From Roseinatronobacter sp. (GTDB lineage Bacteria > Pseudomonadota > Alphaproteobacteria > Rhodobacterales > Rhodobacteraceae), in the NCBI GenBank assembly GCA_046296275.1, contig JBKBLP010000007.1, positions 33,268-97,267 of the forward strand: a stretch of 64,000 nt of DNA. The letters run 5' to 3'. Within the stretch, counting starts at the first letter, position 1; every line of letters starts with the position of its first letter. Shown here one piece after another: positions 61,025-64,000 of the stretch. The notes beneath the pieces were generated by a model. The model was not told where the DNA came from. It saw only the letters and a program-made list of their open reading frames with translations, and did not search any database. The position numbers and the translations under genes are program-made.

Positions 61025-61431
61025 GCTACGCCCCCTCTGCCGCGCTGCAAACTGCGCTTTACGCGCACTTGTCCAGCGCCGCGTTCGACGCACCCATCCA
61101 TGACGCAATACCCCCCGGCACTGCGCCCGACACCTATATCCTGCTTGGGCCAGAGGAGGTGATCGACCGCTCGGACATTTCCGCGCGCGGGGCCGAGCAC
61201 CGCCTGACGATTTCTGTCGTGACCAGCGCCACAGGTTTTCTGGCCGCCAAGACCCTTGCCGCCGCGATCTGCGACCGGCTGGACCAGCCGTTGCCCAGTC
61301 TGACCCGTGGCCATCTGGTGGCGCTCTGGTTCGACCGGGCCGAAGCGCGGCGGCTCGAGAATGGCCGCACGCGCCGCATTGACCTGCGCTTTCGCGCGCG
61401 CATCGACGACAGCCCCCTTCCCACCCCGTAA
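61021..61431 (+). CDS. GTA tail terminator, DUF3168 (g8)
   Basis: MSYAPSAALQTALY, LGPE, RRIDLRFRARI. Confidence 0.87.
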   Translation: MSYAPSAALQTALYAHLSSAAFDAPIHDAIPPGTAPDTYILLGPEEVIDRSDISARGAEHRLTISVVTSATGFLAAKTLAAAICDRLDQPLPSLTRGHLVALWFDRAEARRLENGRTRRIDLRFRARIDDSPLPTP

Positions 61432-61444
61432 AGGAACCCTTCAC

Positions 61445-61858
61445 ATGCCAGCACAAAACGGCAAGGACCTGCTTCTGAAGGTCGACATGACCGGCGACGG
61501 GCAGTTTGAAACCATCGCGGGCCTGCGCGCCACGCGCATCAGCTTCAACGCGCAAACAATTGATGTGACATCGCTTTCCAGCCCCGGTGGGTGGCGGGAA
61601 CTATTGGGGGGCGCAGGCGCGCGCTCGGCCAGTATTTCTGGCTCTGGCATCTTCCGGGACGAGGGCACGGATGAACGCGCGCGCGCCATCTTCTTTGCAG
61701 GCGAGCGGCCCGATTTCCAGATCATCATCCCCGATTTCGGCGTGATCGAGGGGCCCTTTGTCATCACGGGCCTTGACTATGCAGGCTCTTATAATGGCGA
61801 GGCCACGTTTGAAATCTCGCTCGCCTCGGCCGGCGCATTGGCGTTCGTGCCCGCATGA
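61445..61858 (+). CDS. GTA tail tube protein (g9)
   Basis: MPAQNGKDLLLK, GGWRELL, PDFG.IEGPF, SLASAG. Confidence 0.93.
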   Translation: MPAQNGKDLLLKVDMTGDGQFETIAGLRATRISFNAQTIDVTSLSSPGGWRELLGGAGARSASISGSGIFRDEGTDERARAIFFAGERPDFQIIIPDFGVIEGPFVITGLDYAGSYNGEATFEISLASAGALAFVPA

Positions 61859-62178
61859 CCCCGCACAACCCCTATTCAGGCGAGGTTGTGCTCGTGCTCA
61901 ACGACCAACCCCACCGCCTGCGCCTGACTTTGGGCGCTTTGGCGGAACTGGAAGCGGCTTTGTCCGAGGACAGCGTGCTCGCCATGGTCGAGCGTTTCGA
62001 GCAGGGCCGCTTTTCCAGCCGCGATGTGCTCGCGCTGATCGTGGCGGGGCTGCGTGGCGGTGGCTGGCAGGGGCAAGCGGCGGACCTGCTGACCGCCGAG
62101 ATCGCGGGCGGCTTTTCGCAGGCCGCGCGCGTAGCAGCCCAGCTTCTGGCGCGCGCCTTCGCGCCCCCCGACGCATGA
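61855..62178 (+). CDS. GTA tail assembly chaperone (g10)
   Basis: NPYSGEV, LTLGALAELE, GLRGGGW. Confidence 0.87.
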   Translation: MTPHNPYSGEVVLVLNDQPHRLRLTLGALAELEAALSEDSVLAMVERFEQGRFSSRDVLALIVAGLRGGGWQGQAADLLTAEIAGGFSQAARVAAQLLARAFAPPDA

Positions 62179-62396
62179 GCCGCCCGCTCGATTTTCCCGC
62201 GCTGATGCGCCTTGGCCTGCGCGAGTTGCGTCTGCATCCGCGCGATTTCTGGGCACTGACGCCTGCCGAACTGATGCTGATGGCCGGGCTTGATGCAGCC
62301 CAAGCGCCGATCAGCCGCGCGCGGCTCAATGATCTGGCCGCGCGTTTCCCTGACTTGCCCAAAGGTGCCCTCCATGACCCGGATCCCGGAACTTGA
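62175..62396 (+). CDS. GTA tail assembly chaperone (g10.1)
   Basis: MSRPLDFPALMRLGL...P.DFWALTPAEL...FPD. Confidence 0.85.
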   Translation: MSRPLDFPALMRLGLRELRLHPRDFWALTPAELMLMAGLDAAQAPISRARLNDLAARFPDLPKGALHDPDPGT

Positions 62397-63030
62397 AGAC
62401 CAGATCGCCGCGCTTGAAAGCCGCCTCGACCAGACGGCTGGACTTGTGGGCAGCTTTGACGCGGAACTCGTGCGGCTTGGCCGCAGCCTGACCTTCACTG
62501 GGCGCGAGGTGGACCAAATGTCGCGCAGCCTGTCCCAAGGTCTGCGCAGCGCCTTCGACGGCGTCGTGTTCGACGGAATGCGGATGCAGGACGCCCTGCG
62601 CGGTGTGGCGCAGTCCCTGGCAAGCACAGTCTACAACACAGCCATGCGCCCGGTGCAAAACGCCTTTGGCGGTGCACTGGCCCAAGGGGTCGCGGGGCTG
62701 ATGGGCTCGATCATGCCCTTCGCCGATGGCGGCATGTTTGGTGCAGGCCGCGTGCAGCCCTTCGCCAAAGGGGGCATCGTGTCGCAAGCGACGGCTTTCC
62801 CCATGCGCGGCGGCACCACTGGCCTGATGGGCGAGGCCGGGCCAGAGGCCATCCTGCCGCTCTCGCGCGGTCCCGATGGGCGGCTTGGGGTCGCGGCCGG
62901 GGGCGGCGGGGGGCCGCTCAATGTGACCTTCAACATCTCCACTCCCGATGTGGCGGGCTTCAACCGCTCGCAAACCCAGATTGCCGCGCAGATGGGCCGT
63001 TTGCTCGCGCGTGGCAATCGCAACCGCTGA
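62374..63030 (+). CDS. GTA short tape measure protein (g11)
   Basis: About 218 aa; PFAKGG, GLMGEAGPEAILPL, TPDVAGFNRSQ. Confidence 0.9.
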   Translation: MTRIPELEDQIAALESRLDQTAGLVGSFDAELVRLGRSLTFTGREVDQMSRSLSQGLRSAFDGVVFDGMRMQDALRGVAQSLASTVYNTAMRPVQNAFGGALAQGVAGLMGSIMPFADGGMFGAGRVQPFAKGGIVSQATAFPMRGGTTGLMGEAGPEAILPLSRGPDGRLGVAAGGGGGPLNVTFNISTPDVAGFNRSQTQIAAQMGRLLARGNRNR

Positions 63031-63037
63031 GGGCCAA

Positions 63038-63667
63038 ATGTTCCACGACATCCGTTTCCCCCCTGACCTGAGCTTCGGTGCCCTTGGTGGCCCCGAACGC
63101 CGGACCGAGATTGTTGAACTCGCAAGCGGCCATGAGGAACGTAATACGCCATGGTCCCAGTCTCGCAGGCGCTACGACGCAGGCACGGGCCTGCGCGCGC
63201 TCGATGATCTGGAGCGCGTGATCGCGTTTTTTGAAGCGCGGCAGGGCCGCCTGCACGCTTTTCGGTGGAAGGATTGGGGGGACTATCGTTCAGCCCCGTC
63301 CTCGCAGCCCTTGACTGCCTTCGACCAGCTGATCGGCATCGGCGACGGGACCGAGACGCAGTTTTCCCTGCGCAAAACCTACATATCCGGCCTGCAAAGC
63401 TACGCGCGCCCGATCCTGAAGCCTGTATTCGGCAGCGTGCTCGCGGCCTCTGGCCTGAACGCGCTGACCTTTGGCGAGGATTTCGACGTGGACGTGACCA
63501 CAGGCGAGATCACCTTCGCCATCCCCCCCGAAGCGGGCACCGAAGTGCGCGCAGGCTTTGAATTCGATGTGCCTGTGCGCTTCGACACGGACCTGATCCA
63601 GATTGCCGTGTCGTCGTTCAAGGCAGGCGAAGTGCCCAAAATCCCGGTGTTGGAGGTGCGGCTGTGA
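63038..63667 (+). CDS. GTA distal tail protein, DUF2460 (g12)
   Basis: MFHDIRFP, GGPERRT, FFEARQG, AGFEFDVPVRFD. Confidence 0.92.
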   Translation: MFHDIRFPPDLSFGALGGPERRTEIVELASGHEERNTPWSQSRRRYDAGTGLRALDDLERVIAFFEARQGRLHAFRWKDWGDYRSAPSSQPLTAFDQLIGIGDGTETQFSLRKTYISGLQSYARPILKPVFGSVLAASGLNALTFGEDFDVDVTTGEITFAIPPEAGTEVRAGFEFDVPVRFDTDLIQIAVSSFKAGEVPKIPVLEVRL

Positions 63668-64000
63668 CCCTGCAATCCCATCTTGCCACAGGCACCACAA
63701 CCATTGCCCGCGCGTTTGCGCTGACCCGGCGCGACGGGATCATTCTGGGCTTCACTGACCATGACCGCGACCTGACCTTCGACGGCATCACCTTTACGGC
63801 TGCAACGGGCCTTGATGCGGGCGCGGTCGAGCAGATGACAGGCTTGGCTGTGGACAATGCCGAAGTTGCGGGCGCGCTGTCAGCGGCGAGCCTGTCGGAA
63901 ACCGACATCCTTGCCGGGCGCTATGACGGCGCGCAGGTGACGATATGGCGCGTGAACTGGGCCGTTCCTGACCAGCGCGAGATCCTCTTTCGCGGCACGA
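63664..64000 (+). CDS. GTA baseplate hub protein, DUF2163 (g13), truncated by window end
   Basis: Translated by hand from GTG 63664: HLATGTTT...LTRRDG..LGFTDHDRDL...GLAVDN...GRYDGA. Confidence 0.88.
   Translation, partial: MTLQSHLATGTTTIARAFALTRRDGIILGFTDHDRDLTFDGITFTAATGLDAGAVEQMTGLAVDNAEVAGALSAASLSETDILAGRYDGAQVTIWRVNWAVPDQREILFRGT

Larger units (their letters stand above)
54854..64000 (+). mobile_element. RcGTA-like gene transfer agent head-tail cluster (g1-g13, continues beyond window)
   Basis: Gene order terminases-portal-g3.5-protease-capsid-adaptors-tail tube-chaperones-short tape measure-DUF2460-DUF2163; no integrase or replication genes; host-like GC. Confidence 0.93.

Noticed and set aside
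54854-64000. Prophage
   Set aside because: No integrase, repressor or replication genes; the short tape measure and g1-g13 order match a gene transfer agent.

Overview
GC-rich chromosomal window of a phototrophic Rhodobacteraceae; the puf layout and detached photosynthesis block suggest the Rhodobaca/Roseinatronobacter/Rhodobacter group (inference). From left to right: (1) housekeeping and envelope genes (lpdA, MFS, queA, bcp, M23 peptidase-bactofilin, yciB, a 1046-aa membrane protein, metY); (2) a detached photosynthesis block crtC-crtD/crtE-crtF-bchCXYZ-pufQBALMX-dxs with PpsR/CrtJ sites; (3) a decaying patch with a frameshifted PQQ-type sugar dehydrogenase and a dead IS5 element; (4) core genes (gap, psuG/psuK, recA with two LexA boxes, alaS, usg, gyrA, fumC, sspB, permuted two-piece tmRNA, rplU-rpmA); (5) the RcGTA-like gene transfer agent cluster g1-g13, running off the right edge. 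No CRISPR, rRNA or tRNA was seen. I found no unambiguous new multi-gene system. The best leads are a palindromic repeat in frame at the 5' end of bchY, a MITE whose ends supply the stop codons of two convergent genes, a possible single-chain PilM-to-PilP alignment protein, a SqrR-type operator on a rhodanese gene, and dual-coded crtD/crtC and GTA g1/g2 overlaps. All family assignments come from motif recognition by eye, not from database searches.
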